In this document: in pieces, positions 10,000 through 22,169 of the stretch
Layout of the letters: every line of letters begins with the position of its first letter
Numbering within the stretch: position 1 is the first letter of the stretch
Source: Zhongshania sp.
GTDB lineage: Bacteria; Pseudomonadota; Gammaproteobacteria; Pseudomonadales; Spongiibacteraceae
Length of the DNA stretch: 64,000 bases
Direction of reading: 5' to 3'
Assembly: GCA_018066965.1 (NCBI GenBank)
Contig: JAGPVP010000019.1
Location: 18,403-82,402, forward strand
The notes under the pieces: generated by a model
Told to the model about the DNA's origin: nothing
Database searches by the model: none
Seen by the model: only the letters and a program-made list of their open reading frames with translations
Program-made: the position numbers and the translations under genes

Positions 10000-10401
10000 T
10001 TAGTTACTAGCGTTCAAGGCGTTACGCATATTTTCGGCAATGGTGGCCGCGATTCGCTTAGCCCGCTCGGTTTTCTCACCGGTAAAATAGCGATTTGCTG
10101 TTTGGATAAAATACCCAAGCCATTGCTCAAAATCACTGTCTGACAAACGGTGTTTGGCGTCCAGCTGACGATGAATATTCATGGTATGGCGGTGATAGTT
10201 ATTTTCACCCAACAGCAATTTTTCCCAATACGCTTGTATTCTGGGGAAATGCTCTTGAATGTCGATATCAGCAACATCGATGAAGATTGGTGCCAATCGC
10301 TCATCTTTCAAAAGACAGGCATAAAATGCTTCGACGAAGACCGCAATATGCTCGGGGCTATCTAGATCTGGCTTATTATTTTTAAGAACGGAAGAACACA
10401 T
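10000..10401 (-). CDS. group III (trHbP/Ctb-like) truncated hemoglobin
   Basis: DL...HIAVFVEAFY...D.RLAPIF...EHFPRIQAYWEKLLLG...H...FEQWLGYF...A..IA pattern of 2/2 globins. Confidence 0.85.
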   Translation of the reverse strand: MCSSVLKNNKPDLDSPEHIAVFVEAFYACLLKDERLAPIFIDVADIDIQEHFPRIQAYWEKLLLGENNYHRHTMNIHRQLDAKHRLSDSDFEQWLGYFIQTANRYFTGEKTERAKRIAATIAENMRNALNASN

Positions 10402-10461
10402 TATGCACGTTAAACTATGTCACTAGGAGCTATGTTATTTAAAAACCATGTTATTAAAGGC

Positions 10462-10498
10462 CCGCGAGCAATATTCAGACTAGAAATATTACTCGCGG
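10462..10498 (-). terminator. hairpin downstream of der (probable terminator)
   Basis: Minus strand CCGCGAGTAATATT-N9-AATATTGCTCGCGG (one G-U pair), 6 nt after the der stop. Confidence 0.55.
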
Positions 10499-10504
10499 AT
10501 AAAC

Positions 10505-11914
10505 CTACTTTTTCTTTCTCGCCGTTTTTGCTTTAGCGAAGCGCATGACCCGCTGCTTACGCTCTACCTGACGCTTGGTAAGCTCATTTTTCTTACCTTC
10601 GAATGGATTCTCCGAGGTTTTGAATTCAATTTTAATGGGCGTACCCATCATATTAAGCTCGCGACGAAATACTTTTTCAAGATAGCGGGTATAACTGCCC
10701 GGCACCTTTTCTGTCTGGTTACCATGAATAACAATAATCGGCGGGTTCTGGCCACCCGGATGCGCATAACGTAATTTAATGCGCCGACCATTAATCATTG
10801 GTGGCGAGTGATCGTGCACTGCGCCTTCCAAAATAGTGGTTAGCATTCGCGTCTGCAGCTGCCGTGTCGCCGACTCGTAGGCTTTCTCAACAGACTCGTA
10901 AAGATGGCCAACACCGGTGCCGTGCAATGCTGAAATAAAATGAATTTCTGCGAAGTCGATAAACTGTAAGCGTCTATCCAACTCTTTCTTTATATGGTCT
11001 TTTTGCTCTGCTGTGAGGCCGTCCCATTTGTTGATGGCCACTACCACCGCGCGGCCAGAATCTACCACCTGACCTAATAAATGCAAATCTTGATCAACGA
11101 TACTCTCGCGACCGTCCATGACCAAAATAACAACGTTAGCGTCGTCAATCGCCTTTAAAGTTTTAACAATAGAGAATTTTTCGACTGCTTCAGAGATATG
11201 TTTACGTTTGCGTATACCTGCCGTGTCGATGAGGGTATAGGCCTCGCCTTCACGCTCATAGTTTATGTATACACTATCGCGAGTTGTACCCGGTTCGTCG
11301 TATACAACAACACGCTCTTCGCCAAGCATACGGTTAACAAGAGTCGACTTACCCACATTAGGGCGCCCCACTACCGCTATTTTCTTACCGGTAGCCAGCG
11401 AGGCCTGCTTGTCTTCGGCCTCTTGCGGGAATTCTGCAAGTACATCATCCATTAATACCCGCACACCTTTACCTTGGGTGGCAGTAAGTGGATAAATTTT
11501 AGCGGCGCCGGTTTTGTAAAATTCGGCCTTCGCTACTTCCGCGTCAGTGCCATCGACCTTATTCGCGACAAAAAATACCGGCTTAGAGCAGCTGCGAAGA
11601 TGCTTAATGAGGCCTTCATCTGCGGGCATTAATCCAGCCCGCGCATCTAGCATTAGTAATACCGCGTCGGCCTCATCAATAGCCTGCATAGACTGCTGCG
11701 CCATGGGGCCATCGATACCCACTTCATCGCCATTCACACCGCCAGTATCAATGACAATGTAGCGACGTTTGTTGTGGTTAGCTTCGCCGTATTTACGGTC
11801 GCGAGTTAAACCTGGAAAATTAGCCACCAAGGCATCGCGACTTTTGGTTAGCCGATTGAACAGAGTTGATTTACCGACATTCGGCCGGCCTACCAAGGCA
11901 ATAACAGGAACCAT
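10505..11914 (-). CDS. der: ribosome biogenesis GTPase Der (EngA)
   Basis: Two GRPNVGKS P-loops, DTGG/DTAG, NKVD/NKWD, and a KH-like C-terminal domain. Confidence 0.98.
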   Translation of the reverse strand: MVPVIALVGRPNVGKSTLFNRLTKSRDALVANFPGLTRDRKYGEANHNKRRYIVIDTGGVNGDEVGIDGPMAQQSMQAIDEADAVLLMLDARAGLMPADEGLIKHLRSCSKPVFFVANKVDGTDAEVAKAEFYKTGAAKIYPLTATQGKGVRVLMDDVLAEFPQEAEDKQASLATGKKIAVVGRPNVGKSTLVNRMLGEERVVVYDEPGTTRDSVYINYEREGEAYTLIDTAGIRKRKHISEAVEKFSIVKTLKAIDDANVVILVMDGRESIVDQDLHLLGQVVDSGRAVVVAINKWDGLTAEQKDHIKKELDRRLQFIDFAEIHFISALHGTGVGHLYESVEKAYESATRQLQTRMLTTILEGAVHDHSPPMINGRRIKLRYAHPGGQNPPIIVIHGNQTEKVPGSYTRYLEKVFRRELNMMGTPIKIEFKTSENPFEGKKNELTKRQVERKQRVMRFAKAKTARKKK

Positions 11915-11964
11915 AATTCTACTTAACTCTGATCAGCACTCGGCTGTAAAACAACATTTTCTAC

Positions 11965-13116
11965 TTAACGGTCTTGCAGTTTGTAAGCGATCAATTCGCC
12001 ACTATTGCCATACACATAGAGTAATTTACCATCGGCAATCATTGGCGCGCGTAAGCCGTCGCTGTCTGCTCGTGTACGAGCAATCAAACGACCGTCGTCT
12101 TTCGCTAACATGTGCAAATAGCCTTCAAAATCCCCCACCCCAATAGCACCTTCAAATACTACTGGTTCAGTCAGCTCACGACGTGCTAATACGGTTTGAG
12201 TCCAAAGTGCACCCTGACCATTATCTTCAATGGCGTTCACACTGCCATCAGCAGAAACCACAAAGACATTGCCAAAGTTATCCGCAGCACCAACATAGCT
12301 AGATGCGTCTTTAACCCACAGCGGGCGGCCACTGCGAATATCGATAGCCATTACTTGCCCCTGATAACCAGTGGCAACGACTGTCTGACCATCTTCCATA
12401 ACCAGCAAACGGCCATCAACATCAACTAAACGCTCAATCTCGGTACTGCCTTGTGAAACAGAAATACGCTGTTCCCACAGCTCGGTACCATTATTAATAT
12501 CGAAAGCAATAACGCGGCCGTTGGCAAACCCTATCATGGCAATGTCGCCCACCACTTTCGGCGTGCTCGTGCCGCGTAAGGTCAAGCGTGGCACTTGCGA
12601 TGAATAACTCCATAGCAACTTGCCATCATCAAAATTGAGGCCCTGCACTTCGCCGCTATAAGTTTGCACAACAACAACAGAGCCGTTGCTCTGCGGTGCA
12701 GATAGAACTTCACTGCTCATTGGCGCACGCCACACGATATCACCTGTCAAACGATCAAGCGCGACCACTTCACCATCTGAGGTCCCGACAAATAACAGTG
12801 TGCCAAATACGCCCACGCCACCGGAAATACGTAAATCGTATGACTCCTTCCATACTTTTTTACCGTTGGCTTTTTTAAGCGCTGCAACTTTACCGTTCGA
12901 CGATGCAATGAATATTTCATCGCCATCAATCGCGGGAGTGATGCGATGGTAAGCCTCTGCTTGACCGTCACCTAAAGAATAAGACCACGCTTCCTTCAGC
13001 TTTTTTTCTGCCTGAAAATCAGTCAGTTTAGCCGGCTCGCGACTGGTAGGATCAGAAGCACAAGCCACCATCAATGCACTTGCCAGCACAACACTAACCG
13101 CAGAAATAAATCGCAT
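11965..13116 (-). CDS. bamB: outer membrane protein assembly factor BamB
   Basis: Lipobox MVAC, PQQ-like beta-propeller repeats, LTLRGTSTP and ERLVDVDG motifs; lies between yfgM and der. Confidence 0.95.
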   Translation of the reverse strand: MRFISAVSVVLASALMVACASDPTSREPAKLTDFQAEKKLKEAWSYSLGDGQAEAYHRITPAIDGDEIFIASSNGKVAALKKANGKKVWKESYDLRISGGVGVFGTLLFVGTSDGEVVALDRLTGDIVWRAPMSSEVLSAPQSNGSVVVVQTYSGEVQGLNFDDGKLLWSYSSQVPRLTLRGTSTPKVVGDIAMIGFANGRVIAFDINNGTELWEQRISVSQGSTEIERLVDVDGRLLVMEDGQTVVATGYQGQVMAIDIRSGRPLWVKDASSYVGAADNFGNVFVVSADGSVNAIEDNGQGALWTQTVLARRELTEPVVFEGAIGVGDFEGYLHMLAKDDGRLIARTRADSDGLRAPMIADGKLLYVYGNSGELIAYKLQDR

Positions 13117-13790
13117 TACTTTGCCCCCTCTACAGCGCTAGCCGCAGATAAGTCATTAATTTTCATATCTAGCATCGCATTATTAACAGGCGCTTCCTGC
13201 TCACGAGCCAATGATCTAGCGCGCTGGTAAGCCACCAAGGCCGCCGCGTTATCGCCCTGAGCAAACGCAACATCGCCTTTCAACTCAGCCGCTTCGGCCG
13301 CATAACCTGTTTTAGCCAAGCCGTTTAAATACTCTGTTGCCTTGTCATAGTCTTTTTGCGAATACAACACTTGCGCTAAACGCATTTCGGCCTGAGCTTT
13401 GATCTGTGCGCTTGGACGCTGCGCCAAAACCCACTCTAGCTCAGTGGTGGCCGCCGCATAATCATCGGCGCTTACAGCATATTTTGCTTTATACAGCGCT
13501 GCGAACTGACCATAACTCAAACCAGCAAAACGATCTTTGAGCGTATCTGCTAAATGCTGAGCGGTGCCCGCGCTACTGCCGTCGCGCTGCACTGCGGCGT
13601 CGGCTATTAATAAGTTGTCGAAAATCACCGAGGCTTCTGCGGCTTGATTTTGCTGATGCCCCTGCCAGCCCTTCCACCCAAATACGATGGCCAGCGCAAG
13701 TGCGATACCGAAGACGGTCGACTTACCATTTTCTTGCCACCATCTTTTAATGGCTTCGATTTGTTCTTCTTCTGTACGATACGTTTCCAC
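13116..13790 (-). CDS. yfgM: YfgM family TPR membrane-anchored chaperone
   Basis: TEEEQIEAIKRWWQENG plus TM segment, ELKGD; conserved position. Confidence 0.93.
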   Translation of the reverse strand: METYRTEEEQIEAIKRWWQENGKSTVFGIALALAIVFGWKGWQGHQQNQAAEASVIFDNLLIADAAVQRDGSSAGTAQHLADTLKDRFAGLSYGQFAALYKAKYAVSADDYAAATTELEWVLAQRPSAQIKAQAEMRLAQVLYSQKDYDKATEYLNGLAKTGYAAEAAELKGDVAFAQGDNAAALVAYQRARSLAREQEAPVNNAMLDMKINDLSAASAVEGAK

Positions 13791-13821
13791 TAAACTTCCT
13801 CTCCGACTTGTCTAGTCGCGC

Positions 13822-15099
13822 TTAAAAATAATTTTTAGAAATAGTATTTACCAATTCGTCCAAGGCGACCATTTCTTGTTCACCCTGTCCGGCCCGCAAC
13901 GGTTTAACCGCTGCCTGAGCCTGCTGTAGCTCATCTTCACCCAACACAATGGCGAGCGATGCACCCGATTTGTCGGCTTTTTTAAACTGACTTTTAAAGC
14001 TGCCACCGCCGCAATTTATTAATACCTTGACCGACGGCATAGCATCTCGCAATTGCTCGGCAATTTTTAGCGCCTCAATGTCCGCTTTTTCACCCATCGA
14101 CACAATGAAAATATCGGCCTGCGCGCTTTCTTCTGGCGCGACCTGCAATGTTTCTAGCATTAGCACCAAACGCTCTATGCCCATTGCAAAACCTACTGCC
14201 GGTGTTGGTTTACCACCTAGTTGCTCAACCAAACCATCGTAGCGGCCACCCGCACAAACTGTACCTTGCGCGCCCAACTTATCGGTGGTCCATTCAAACA
14301 CTGTTAAGCCGTAATAATCTAGGCCTCGTACCAGTCGTGGGTTTAAGGTATAAGCAACACCCGCCGCATCTAATCTCGCACACAAGCCGTCAAAATGACT
14401 GCGTGAAACATCATCAAGATAGTCACTTAGTACTGGTGCCGCCACCAGCAGTTCCCGAGTTTTCGGATCTTTACTGTCGAGTACTCGCAGAGGGTTAGTC
14501 TCTAAACGACGTTTACTGTCTTCATCTAGCTCGTCTTTAAAGCCCATTAAATAATCAACAAGGGCTTGACGATAGTTCGCGCGCGACTCGGCGTTACCAA
14601 TACTGTTTAATTCCAGCGTCAGCGCATCACTAATGCCTAACTCCCGCCACAGCCGCGCCGTCAATAAAATCAGTTCTGCATCAATATCTGGCCCAACCAT
14701 ACCAAAGGTTTCGACACCGATTTGATGGAACTGCCGCAGACGACCTTTTTGTGGCCGCTCATGACGAAACATAGGACCGGTATACCACAGCCGTTGAATT
14801 TGATTGTGCAGTAAACCGTTTTGGTCACAGGCGCGGACACAGCTCGCCGTCCCTTCCGGACGCAAGGTTAAGCTGTCGCCGTTGCGATCTTCAAACGTAT
14901 ACATTTCCTTTTCAACGATATCGGTCACTTCACCAATAGATCGTTTGAAAAGTTCGGTATGCTCCACTATCGGGAAGCGAATTTCACTATAACCATAGCG
15001 GCTAAGCACGTTGCGCACGCGCGCTTCCAGATACTGCCACAGAGGCGTTTCTGAGGGCAGAATGTCATTCATACCGCGAATTGATTGAATACGTGCCAA
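13822..15099 (-). CDS. hisS: histidine--tRNA ligase
   Basis: [42 protein letters not shown]. Confidence 0.98.
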   Translation of the reverse strand: MARIQSIRGMNDILPSETPLWQYLEARVRNVLSRYGYSEIRFPIVEHTELFKRSIGEVTDIVEKEMYTFEDRNGDSLTLRPEGTASCVRACDQNGLLHNQIQRLWYTGPMFRHERPQKGRLRQFHQIGVETFGMVGPDIDAELILLTARLWRELGISDALTLELNSIGNAESRANYRQALVDYLMGFKDELDEDSKRRLETNPLRVLDSKDPKTRELLVAAPVLSDYLDDVSRSHFDGLCARLDAAGVAYTLNPRLVRGLDYYGLTVFEWTTDKLGAQGTVCAGGRYDGLVEQLGGKPTPAVGFAMGIERLVLMLETLQVAPEESAQADIFIVSMGEKADIEALKIAEQLRDAMPSVKVLINCGGGSFKSQFKKADKSGASLAIVLGEDELQQAQAAVKPLRAGQGEQEMVALDELVNTISKNYF

Positions 15100-15145
15100 A
15101 ACTAATTCCTATCGACCAAACGTTGTCCTAACCGAGTAAAACAGC

Positions 15146-16258
15146 TCAGCTACGTGCAATAAGGTCTTTATCTTGTTCTTGTTTAAGAGCGATCTTTTCA
15201 CGAATTAATTTTTCGAGATGATCTACTAAGCCTTCGTTCTTCACTTTGTGATCTGGCTTACCCGCCACATACACTAAATTATTTGGCGTACCGCCCGTTA
15301 GCCCAATCTCGGCTTCTTTCGCTTCGCCCGGGCCATTAACGATACAGCCTATTACCGCCACATCGAGCGGCGTGGTCACGTCATCAAGGCGTGCCTCCAG
15401 CTCATTCATGGTACTGATAACATCAAAATTTTGTCGTGAGCAGCTTGGGCAGGCAATGAAGTTTATACCCTTGGTGCGTAGCTTAAGGCTCTTCAGAATC
15501 TCGTAGCCGACCTTAACCTCTTCAACCGGATCTGCGGCCAATGACACTCGAATGGTATCGCCAATCCCATCCATTAGCAGTAAACCCAAGCCCACCGCCG
15601 ATTTAACTGTACCACCGCGCAAGCCACCCGCCTCGGTGATACCAAGATGCAAGGGTTGGTCTATTTGGCTGGCGATTTGACGATACGCTGCGACAGCCAT
15701 AAACACATCAGACGCTTTGACGCTGAGCTTAAAATTCTGGAAATCCAATTTATCGAGAATATCGATATGGCGCATGGCCGACTCGACCAATGCCTCAGGC
15801 GTCGGCTCGCCGTATTTACGTTGCAATTCTTTCTCTAAAGAACCGGCATTAACACCAATTCGGATAGGAATATTGTGATACTTGGCGGCATCGATAACCG
15901 CCCTCACTCGATCTTCTCTACCAATATTACCAGGGTTAATACGTAAACAATCAACGCCGTATTCAGCTACTTTTAAGGCTATTTTGTGATCAAAATGAAT
16001 ATCTGCAACCAAGGGCACCGACACTTGCTTGCGAATTTCTCGGAACGCTTCTGCTGCTTCCATACTCGGTACAGACACCCGAACAATATCAGCACACGCG
16101 GCTTCTAAACGTTTGATCTGAGCAACCGTTGCCGCCACATCGCAGGTTTCGGTATTCGTCATACTTTGGACAGATATTGGTGCATCACCACCAACCGCAA
16201 CATTTCCGATATGAATCTGCCGAGAAACTCGGCGCTTTATCGGGGATGCCATTTTCAT
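15146..16258 (-). CDS. ispG: HMBPP synthase (flavodoxin-dependent)
   Basis: [36 protein letters not shown]. Confidence 0.98.
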   Translation of the reverse strand: MKMASPIKRRVSRQIHIGNVAVGGDAPISVQSMTNTETCDVAATVAQIKRLEAACADIVRVSVPSMEAAEAFREIRKQVSVPLVADIHFDHKIALKVAEYGVDCLRINPGNIGREDRVRAVIDAAKYHNIPIRIGVNAGSLEKELQRKYGEPTPEALVESAMRHIDILDKLDFQNFKLSVKASDVFMAVAAYRQIASQIDQPLHLGITEAGGLRGGTVKSAVGLGLLLMDGIGDTIRVSLAADPVEEVKVGYEILKSLKLRTKGINFIACPSCSRQNFDVISTMNELEARLDDVTTPLDVAVIGCIVNGPGEAKEAEIGLTGGTPNNLVYVAGKPDHKVKNEGLVDHLEKLIREKIALKQEQDKDLIARS

Positions 16259-17037
16259 AATTCACCTACTTGTACACGCACCGCGTTGCTATTTGTAACT
16301 TCTTTCAACTCAACCAATCGATCATTGTAATACATACTAAGTACTGGCCAGTACGCGGTGCTTAGGGTAACTGGACCCTGCACATTAAAACGCAATGTTT
16401 CACCTTTGCGCTGCACACCGCTAATAGCCACTTTATTCTGCGCGTCGCGCAGCTCTAGCCATACGTCTTCACTGACGGTAAATGTTAACTCGGCCAGCTT
16501 ACCTGTAAATTCAGGTGTTTCCTCTGGCGGCGCTTTTACTACTCCAGTAGATAACAGAGCTTCACCCAGCGACGGCGTCTTGTTCAATACCGGCAACGGC
16601 GCTATCTGCTCGCTTAATACTACAATCGACAGCTCTTTAGATTTGCTATCGCCAAATATCCAACAGGACAGTGACCAAACTATCAAGGCTGCCAGCAACG
16701 CCAGTATAAAACCGGCATGACCTGGTGCCTGCACTTTACTTTGAATATGTGTCTGACGTCGCTGCGTACCCTGCTCTTCACGCTTACAAATACGATCGCA
16801 GTCATTGAGTAACGGCGCTTCGTCTAAGCCCATATAGCGCGCGTAGCTTTTTATATAACCCCGCGCGAACAGTGGCGAATTAAATCGAGAATAATCGTTT
16901 TCTTCCAGCGCCTCTACATAACTATTTAATAAATTTAGCGCCTCCGCCGTTTCCAGCACTGACTTACCCGCACTAATACGCGCGTCGTATAATACTGAGC
17001 CCGGCGGTCCGGGGTAGAGCAGTTTCGTTCCCGGCAT
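16255..17037 (-). CDS. rodZ: cytoskeleton protein RodZ (HTH-TM-DUF4115)
   Basis: PGSVL...ALEENDY...[18 protein letters not shown] segment, C-terminal WLELRDA; conserved position. Confidence 0.88.
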   Translation of the reverse strand: MPGTKLLYPGPPGSVLYDARISAGKSVLETAEALNLLNSYVEALEENDYSRFNSPLFARGYIKSYARYMGLDEAPLLNDCDRICKREEQGTQRRQTHIQSKVQAPGHAGFILALLAALIVWSLSCWIFGDSKSKELSIVVLSEQIAPLPVLNKTPSLGEALLSTGVVKAPPEETPEFTGKLAELTFTVSEDVWLELRDAQNKVAISGVQRKGETLRFNVQGPVTLSTAYWPVLSMYYNDRLVELKEVTNSNAVRVQVGEL

Positions 17038-17046
17038 AATAAATCC

Positions 17047-17850
17047 TTAGCGATTACCTTGTTGCATATAAGCTTTGTAAAGCAGGTATTCTTCTGATTT
17101 TGGATATAAGTTTTTCAAAGCCAATGCAAAACTCGCGTGTGAATTTTTGTCATCAAACTTGTCCGCTAAACGAATTCCCAACCATAAAGCTGCCGCATTT
17201 TGCGCAGGATTTTTGCTGAGGTAGGCATCGTAAAAGCGCTGTGAATCGGCGAAGCGTTCCATTCGAAAATACACTTCGGCTAGCGACATAAGCACCGCCG
17301 CATCGTCACCCTGCATTAAGAACGCCCGTTTAAACGCGTCTTCCGCCTTGCCCAATTGATTGAGTTGTATATAACAGCGTCCGAGGTTTACAAACGCTTC
17401 AACGCGACGCTCGTACAATAACTCTTGAACGACCACTTCTAATTGGGTTGCCGCTTCTTCATAACGACCGCGAGCATAAAGAAAAGCCGCGTAGTTGTTT
17501 CTCACTCGCGAGGCCTTCGGCGCTATGCTAATGGAACGCAAATAATATTGCTCAGCTAGCTCAAGCTCGCCCGTATTCTGAAACACCAAGGCCAAGGCCT
17601 CTAATGTTTCTGGGTTGTTTTTGTCTTCCGCCTCGACATACTGTAAATGACGTTTTGCCTGATCCCAATTACCCTGCGCGATATAACTACGGGCTAGCTG
17701 CAACGAAGTTTCAAATGCCTTTTTGTCATCTGCTTTAGAAGCAAAGCCGCCACTTTTTGTGGTCACACACCCAGACAATAACACGGTGGAAAATAGCATT
17801 ACCAAAACAAGGGGTAATACCATGATGCCTTTTATTCTTAACCACGACAT
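17047..17850 (-). CDS. pilW: type IV pilus biogenesis/stability TPR lipoprotein PilW (PilF)
   Basis: Lipobox LSGC, TPRs (NNYAAFLY), LWLGIRLA; sits between rlmN and rodZ. Confidence 0.9.
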   Translation of the reverse strand: MSWLRIKGIMVLPLVLVMLFSTVLLSGCVTTKSGGFASKADDKKAFETSLQLARSYIAQGNWDQAKRHLQYVEAEDKNNPETLEALALVFQNTGELELAEQYYLRSISIAPKASRVRNNYAAFLYARGRYEEAATQLEVVVQELLYERRVEAFVNLGRCYIQLNQLGKAEDAFKRAFLMQGDDAAVLMSLAEVYFRMERFADSQRFYDAYLSKNPAQNAAALWLGIRLADKFDDKNSHASFALALKNLYPKSEEYLLYKAYMQQGNR

Positions 17851-17869
17851 GCAGTATGCTCCCGAAAAC

Positions 17870-19015
17870 TTAGACCAAACGAATAGGCTGTTCTAACTCC
17901 GCCCGTTGGCGATGCCGCTCACTACGTTTAGTGCGATCTTGTACTTGCCCAGCCAGCTGCCCGCAAGCTGCATCAATGTCATCGCCACGCGGCGTTCGCA
18001 CTGTAGTCACATAACCCGCTTCGGTTAAAGCCAGCCAAAAGCGATTAATGGCATTTTTACTTGGTCGCGCGTAATTTGACAGCGAAAAAGGATTGAATGG
18101 AATCAAATTAATTTTACAGGGTAAATTACGCAGAACTTCCGCTAATTCCTTAGCGTGCTCAAGACCATCATTCACGCCGGCTATCAAGGTATATTCAATG
18201 GTCACCACGCGATGGGTATCTTCTTGCTTGTCTAAATAACGCTGACAGGCAGCAAGTAACTCGGCGATGGGGTACTTCTTATTGATTGGCACCAATTCAC
18301 TTCGCAATGCATCATTCGGTGCATGTAAAGAAATTGCCAATGACACTGTAGAAACGTCGCCTAGTTTGTCCAACATAGGGACAACACCAGAGGTGCTCAA
18401 CGTCACTCGCCGCTTTGACAAACCATAGCCAAAGTCATCAAGCATCAAGCTCATTGCTTCTACAACATTGTCGAAATTCAGCAGCGGCTCGCCCATGCCC
18501 ATCATGACAACATTGGTGACAATACGCTTATTGCCCGAATTAAACCCATCATAAGACTTAATGGCTAACCAGACTTGGCCAATGATTTCAGATGCGGTCA
18601 AATCGCGCATAAAACCTTGCTTACCGGTGGCGCAAAAACTGCAATCTAAACTACAGCCAACCTGCGATGACACACACAAGGTGCCGCGCTGACCGTCGGG
18701 AATCAACACCGTTTCAACCAGATTATTACCGCCGACTTCAACAGCCCATTTACGAGTGCCATCGATGGAATCGAGTTGTTTAACCACGGTGGGAGGACGA
18801 ATTTCGGCAAGTTCTTGAAGCTTAGCGCGCAAGGGCTTGCCGAGATTGGTCATCTCATCAAAATTGTCGATCCCCGAGTGGTGAATCCACTTGAGGATCT
18901 GTTGGGCACGAAAAGGCTTTTCACCAATAGAAGTGAGGTACTCTTCCATTTTTTTGCGCGACATGCCGAGCAAATTTACTTTCATCTGCTGAACAACCGC
19001 TGTTGGTGTTTCCAT
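17870..19015 (-). CDS. rlmN: dual-specificity RNA methyltransferase RlmN (radical SAM)
   Basis: [32 protein letters not shown]. Confidence 0.98.
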   Translation of the reverse strand: METPTAVVQQMKVNLLGMSRKKMEEYLTSIGEKPFRAQQILKWIHHSGIDNFDEMTNLGKPLRAKLQELAEIRPPTVVKQLDSIDGTRKWAVEVGGNNLVETVLIPDGQRGTLCVSSQVGCSLDCSFCATGKQGFMRDLTASEIIGQVWLAIKSYDGFNSGNKRIVTNVVMMGMGEPLLNFDNVVEAMSLMLDDFGYGLSKRRVTLSTSGVVPMLDKLGDVSTVSLAISLHAPNDALRSELVPINKKYPIAELLAACQRYLDKQEDTHRVVTIEYTLIAGVNDGLEHAKELAEVLRNLPCKINLIPFNPFSLSNYARPSKNAINRFWLALTEAGYVTTVRTPRGDDIDAACGQLAGQVQDRTKRSERHRQRAELEQPIRLV

Positions 19016-19045
19016 TTTTATGCCCCGCAATGAGCGTAAACGCGA

Positions 19046-19474
19046 TTAAACGCGCTCACACAACTCACTGGTAGAGAAAAAGAACGCGATTTCACGCGCC
19101 GCTGATTCTTCTGAATCTGAACCATGTACCGCATTAGCGTCAATAGATTCAGCAAAGTCTGCACGAATAGTACCGGCAGCGGCGTCTTTTGGGTTAGGTG
19201 CGCCCATCAGCTCACGATTTTGCAATACTGCGCCCTCACCTTCCAGCACTTGTACAGTAACTGGACCAGAGGTCATGAAGTCAACCAAAGCAGGAAAAAA
19301 AGGACGGCCTTTATGCTCAGCATAAAATCCTTCCGCTTGCTCACGGCTCAAACGCAGCATTTTTGCAGCAACAATGCGCAGACCGGCTTTTTCAAAACGG
19401 CTGTAAATTTCGCCAATAACATTTTTGCTAACGGCATCAGGTTTAGCAATGGAAAGGGTGCGTTGAACGCCCAT
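19046..19474 (-). CDS. ndk: nucleoside-diphosphate kinase
   Basis: [30 protein letters not shown]. Start set at ATG 19474 (GGAG RBS). Confidence 0.97.
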   Translation of the reverse strand: MGVQRTLSIAKPDAVSKNVIGEIYSRFEKAGLRIVAAKMLRLSREQAEGFYAEHKGRPFFPALVDFMTSGPVTVQVLEGEGAVLQNRELMGAPNPKDAAAGTIRADFAESIDANAVHGSDSEESAAREIAFFFSTSELCERV

Positions 19475-19692
19475 CGGTCTTTCTCCAAAAAAATAAAACA
19501 AAAACAATCCGAGCAATAGTTTTGCCCGTCACGAAAAATCGTCGAATTATACGCGCATTACCAGCAAATAGGTACGCGAGAGAGTCTAAGACAGCGAGTT
19601 CTGGTCGGTGTTTCGAGAAAGCGCCGACAAATACTCGCTTATTGCATTAGCGCGAGGAAATCCACGCGACTAAAAACTGGAAAAGAGTAAAT

Positions 19693-19893
19693 TCAATCCT
19701 GCTCTTCTATCCACGCAGCCTGAATCGCTTCAAGAATCTTTTCTCCGCAACGCTTTGGATCATCATCAAAATCGTCCAAACCCATCACTTTGTCGCGCAA
19801 AGCGACAAAGCCAATATTCACCGGATCGGTATCCGGGAATTTATCGGCAAGTTCGATACCAATATCCAGTACATCCGTCCACTTCAGCCCCAT
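19693..19893 (-). CDS. iscX: Fe-S assembly protein IscX
   Basis: LKWTD...DFDDDP...EKILEAIQAAWIEE; last gene of the isc operon. Confidence 0.96.
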   Translation of the reverse strand: MGLKWTDVLDIGIELADKFPDTDPVNIGFVALRDKVMGLDDFDDDPKRCGEKILEAIQAAWIEEQD

Positions 19894-19925
19894 TTCAATA
19901 CACCTTACCTACTAAAGCCTAACGA

Positions 19926-20264
19926 TTAATGACTCTCTGATACCATATTAATGGTATAGCGTGGCACTTCGACAACCAAATCTTCGTCACCGATAACGGC
20001 TTGACAACTCAGGCGAGAATCAGGTTCCAACCCCCATGCCTTATCTAACATATCTTCTTCAAGCTCATCGGCCTGATCTAAAGATTGAAAGCCCTCGCGA
20101 ACAATTATATGGCAGGTAGTGCAGGCGCATGACTTCTCACACGCGTGCTCTATCGCTATGCCATTTGCCAACATGACGTCACATACCGTCTCACCTGACG
20201 CCGCGTCCAACACCTCACCCTCTGGACAAAGTGCTTCATGGGGTAATATTACAATGCGTGGCAT
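19926..20264 (-). CDS. fdx: ISC system 2Fe-2S ferredoxin
   Basis: HACEKSCACTTCH, MLDKAWGL, SRLSCQ. Confidence 0.97.
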   Translation of the reverse strand: MPRIVILPHEALCPEGEVLDAASGETVCDVMLANGIAIEHACEKSCACTTCHIIVREGFQSLDQADELEEDMLDKAWGLEPDSRLSCQAVIGDEDLVVEVPRYTINMVSESH

Positions 20265-20274
20265 TCAGACTTCC

Positions 20275-22131
20275 TTAAATGTCGTCGACTCGCCGACCGG
20301 CGAGCGCTTGGTTAATACTGGCATCCATACGGCGTTCGGCAAAGACTTCACTGCCCTTACCTACAATTTCTATGTGTTTAGCAATACTGGCGGCCGTGCC
20401 ATTTTCTCGCTCCTGATGCAAGGCTTCCATTTTAGCCAGTAAGTCACTCTGCTCATCCTCGCTAAGCATTGCCTCACCATCTTTAAGCAAGGCCGCAGAC
20501 AAGGCCTGCAACAAGGCCTCGGCCTCTACTTGTTGCTCGCGCAATGCCCTCGCCTCTTTATCCTCAACAGCAGAAGCCCATGACTGCTGCAGCATATCGG
20601 CTATATCGGTGTCACTCAGACCATAGGCTGGCTTCACTTCGATACGGCTTTCTGAACCGGTGCTTTCTTCACGAGCACTAACCCGCAAAAGGCCGTCAGC
20701 ATCTACTTGAAACGTCACTTTGATTCGCGCCGCGCCCGCGACCATCGGCGGAATACCCTGCAATTCAAAACGCGCCAAGGAGCGGCAATCTTCAACCAAT
20801 TCACGCTCGCCCTGCACCACATGTATCGTCATGCCGGTTTGGCCATCTTTGAATGTGGTAAATTCCTGGCCCATTGCCACTGGTATAGTGGTGTTGCGAT
20901 GAATAACCTTTTCCGTCAGGCCACCCATGGTTTCTAGCCCCAAAGATAAAGGTATAACATCCAACAACAGCATTTCGTCGCCACTGCGATTACCCACCAG
21001 TTGATCGGCCTGTAAGGCCGCGCCTAGCGCAACGACTTTATCTGGGTCCAAATCGACTAGTGGCTCACGGCCAAACCACTCAGCCACCCGCTCGCGAACG
21101 CGGGGAACACGGGTTGAACCGCCCACCATAACAACATTATGAATGTCGTCACTGCGCAATTTGGCGTCACGCAAGGCCCGCTTACAGGCTCGAATCGCCT
21201 TATCAATTAAGGGATCAACCAAGTCATTAAATTGCTGCCGAGTGAGCTTTGAGCTAATGTCGCCCAAAGCCAGCTGCACTTCAGCTTGCTCTGACAGAGC
21301 CTCTTTGGCCTGCCGCGCAGCGGTTAGCAAGCTGCGCTGCTGAAACACATCCAAACTTGTGAGCTTATTTTCCGCCACAAACCACTGTGCCAGCGCATGA
21401 TCAAAATCATCGCCGCCGAGGGCAGAATCGCCGCCGGTCGAAAGCACCTCAAACACCCCTTTAGTGAGTTGAAGTACAGAAACATCAAAGGTGCCGCCAC
21501 CCAAGTCAAACACGACGATTGCAACTTCGTCCTGCTGATCAAGCCCGTAAGCAACGGCCGCTGCGGTAGGCTCATTTAACAGCCGCAAAACGTTTAATCC
21601 GGCAATTTTGGCGGCATCTTTTGTTGCCTGACGCTGAGCGTCATCAAAATAGGCGGGAACGGTAATGACTACCCCCGTTAGCTCGCCACCCAAGGTTTCT
21701 TCTGCGCGCTGACCTAGGGATTTCAAAATCTCTGCCGACACTTGCACCGGCGAAACATCGCCCGCCCGCGTGCGAATTTTGACCATATCCTGCCCTAAAT
21801 CGAGCAGATCATAAGGCGACATTTTTACGCCGCTAACTTCAGACACATCTGCAAAAGAGCGCCCCATTAAACGCTTAATCGATAACAAGGTATTACGAGG
21901 ATCACTACTCGCACTCGCCAAGGCTTTGTCACCCACTTCAACACAGGCTTCTTCACCATAGCGCACCACCGACGGCAACAAATGCACGCCATTAATATCC
22001 GCCAGCGTTTGCGCGCTACCATCTCGGACCGTCGCGACTAGCGAATTGGTGGTACCCAGATCAATTCCTACCGCCAACTTACGCTGGTGCGGCTCGGGGG
22101 TTTGTCCTGGTTCAGAAATTTGCATCAACAT
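20275..22131 (-). CDS. hscA: Fe-S protein assembly chaperone HscA
   Basis: [33 protein letters not shown]; Hsp70 within the isc operon. Confidence 0.97.
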   Translation of the reverse strand: MLMQISEPGQTPEPHQRKLAVGIDLGTTNSLVATVRDGSAQTLADINGVHLLPSVVRYGEEACVEVGDKALASASSDPRNTLLSIKRLMGRSFADVSEVSGVKMSPYDLLDLGQDMVKIRTRAGDVSPVQVSAEILKSLGQRAEETLGGELTGVVITVPAYFDDAQRQATKDAAKIAGLNVLRLLNEPTAAAVAYGLDQQDEVAIVVFDLGGGTFDVSVLQLTKGVFEVLSTGGDSALGGDDFDHALAQWFVAENKLTSLDVFQQRSLLTAARQAKEALSEQAEVQLALGDISSKLTRQQFNDLVDPLIDKAIRACKRALRDAKLRSDDIHNVVMVGGSTRVPRVRERVAEWFGREPLVDLDPDKVVALGAALQADQLVGNRSGDEMLLLDVIPLSLGLETMGGLTEKVIHRNTTIPVAMGQEFTTFKDGQTGMTIHVVQGERELVEDCRSLARFELQGIPPMVAGAARIKVTFQVDADGLLRVSAREESTGSESRIEVKPAYGLSDTDIADMLQQSWASAVEDKEARALREQQVEAEALLQALSAALLKDGEAMLSEDEQSDLLAKMEALHQERENGTAASIAKHIEIVGKGSEVFAERRMDASINQALAGRRVDDI

Positions 22132-22169
22132 AAGCGGTGTTCAAGCTCCCGGCGACAACAATCACCTTT

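Noticed and set aside
10431-10450. NsrR box upstream of the truncated globin
   Set aside because: ATG-N12-CAT spacing is one base off the ATG-N11-CAT consensus and the inner symmetry is poor.
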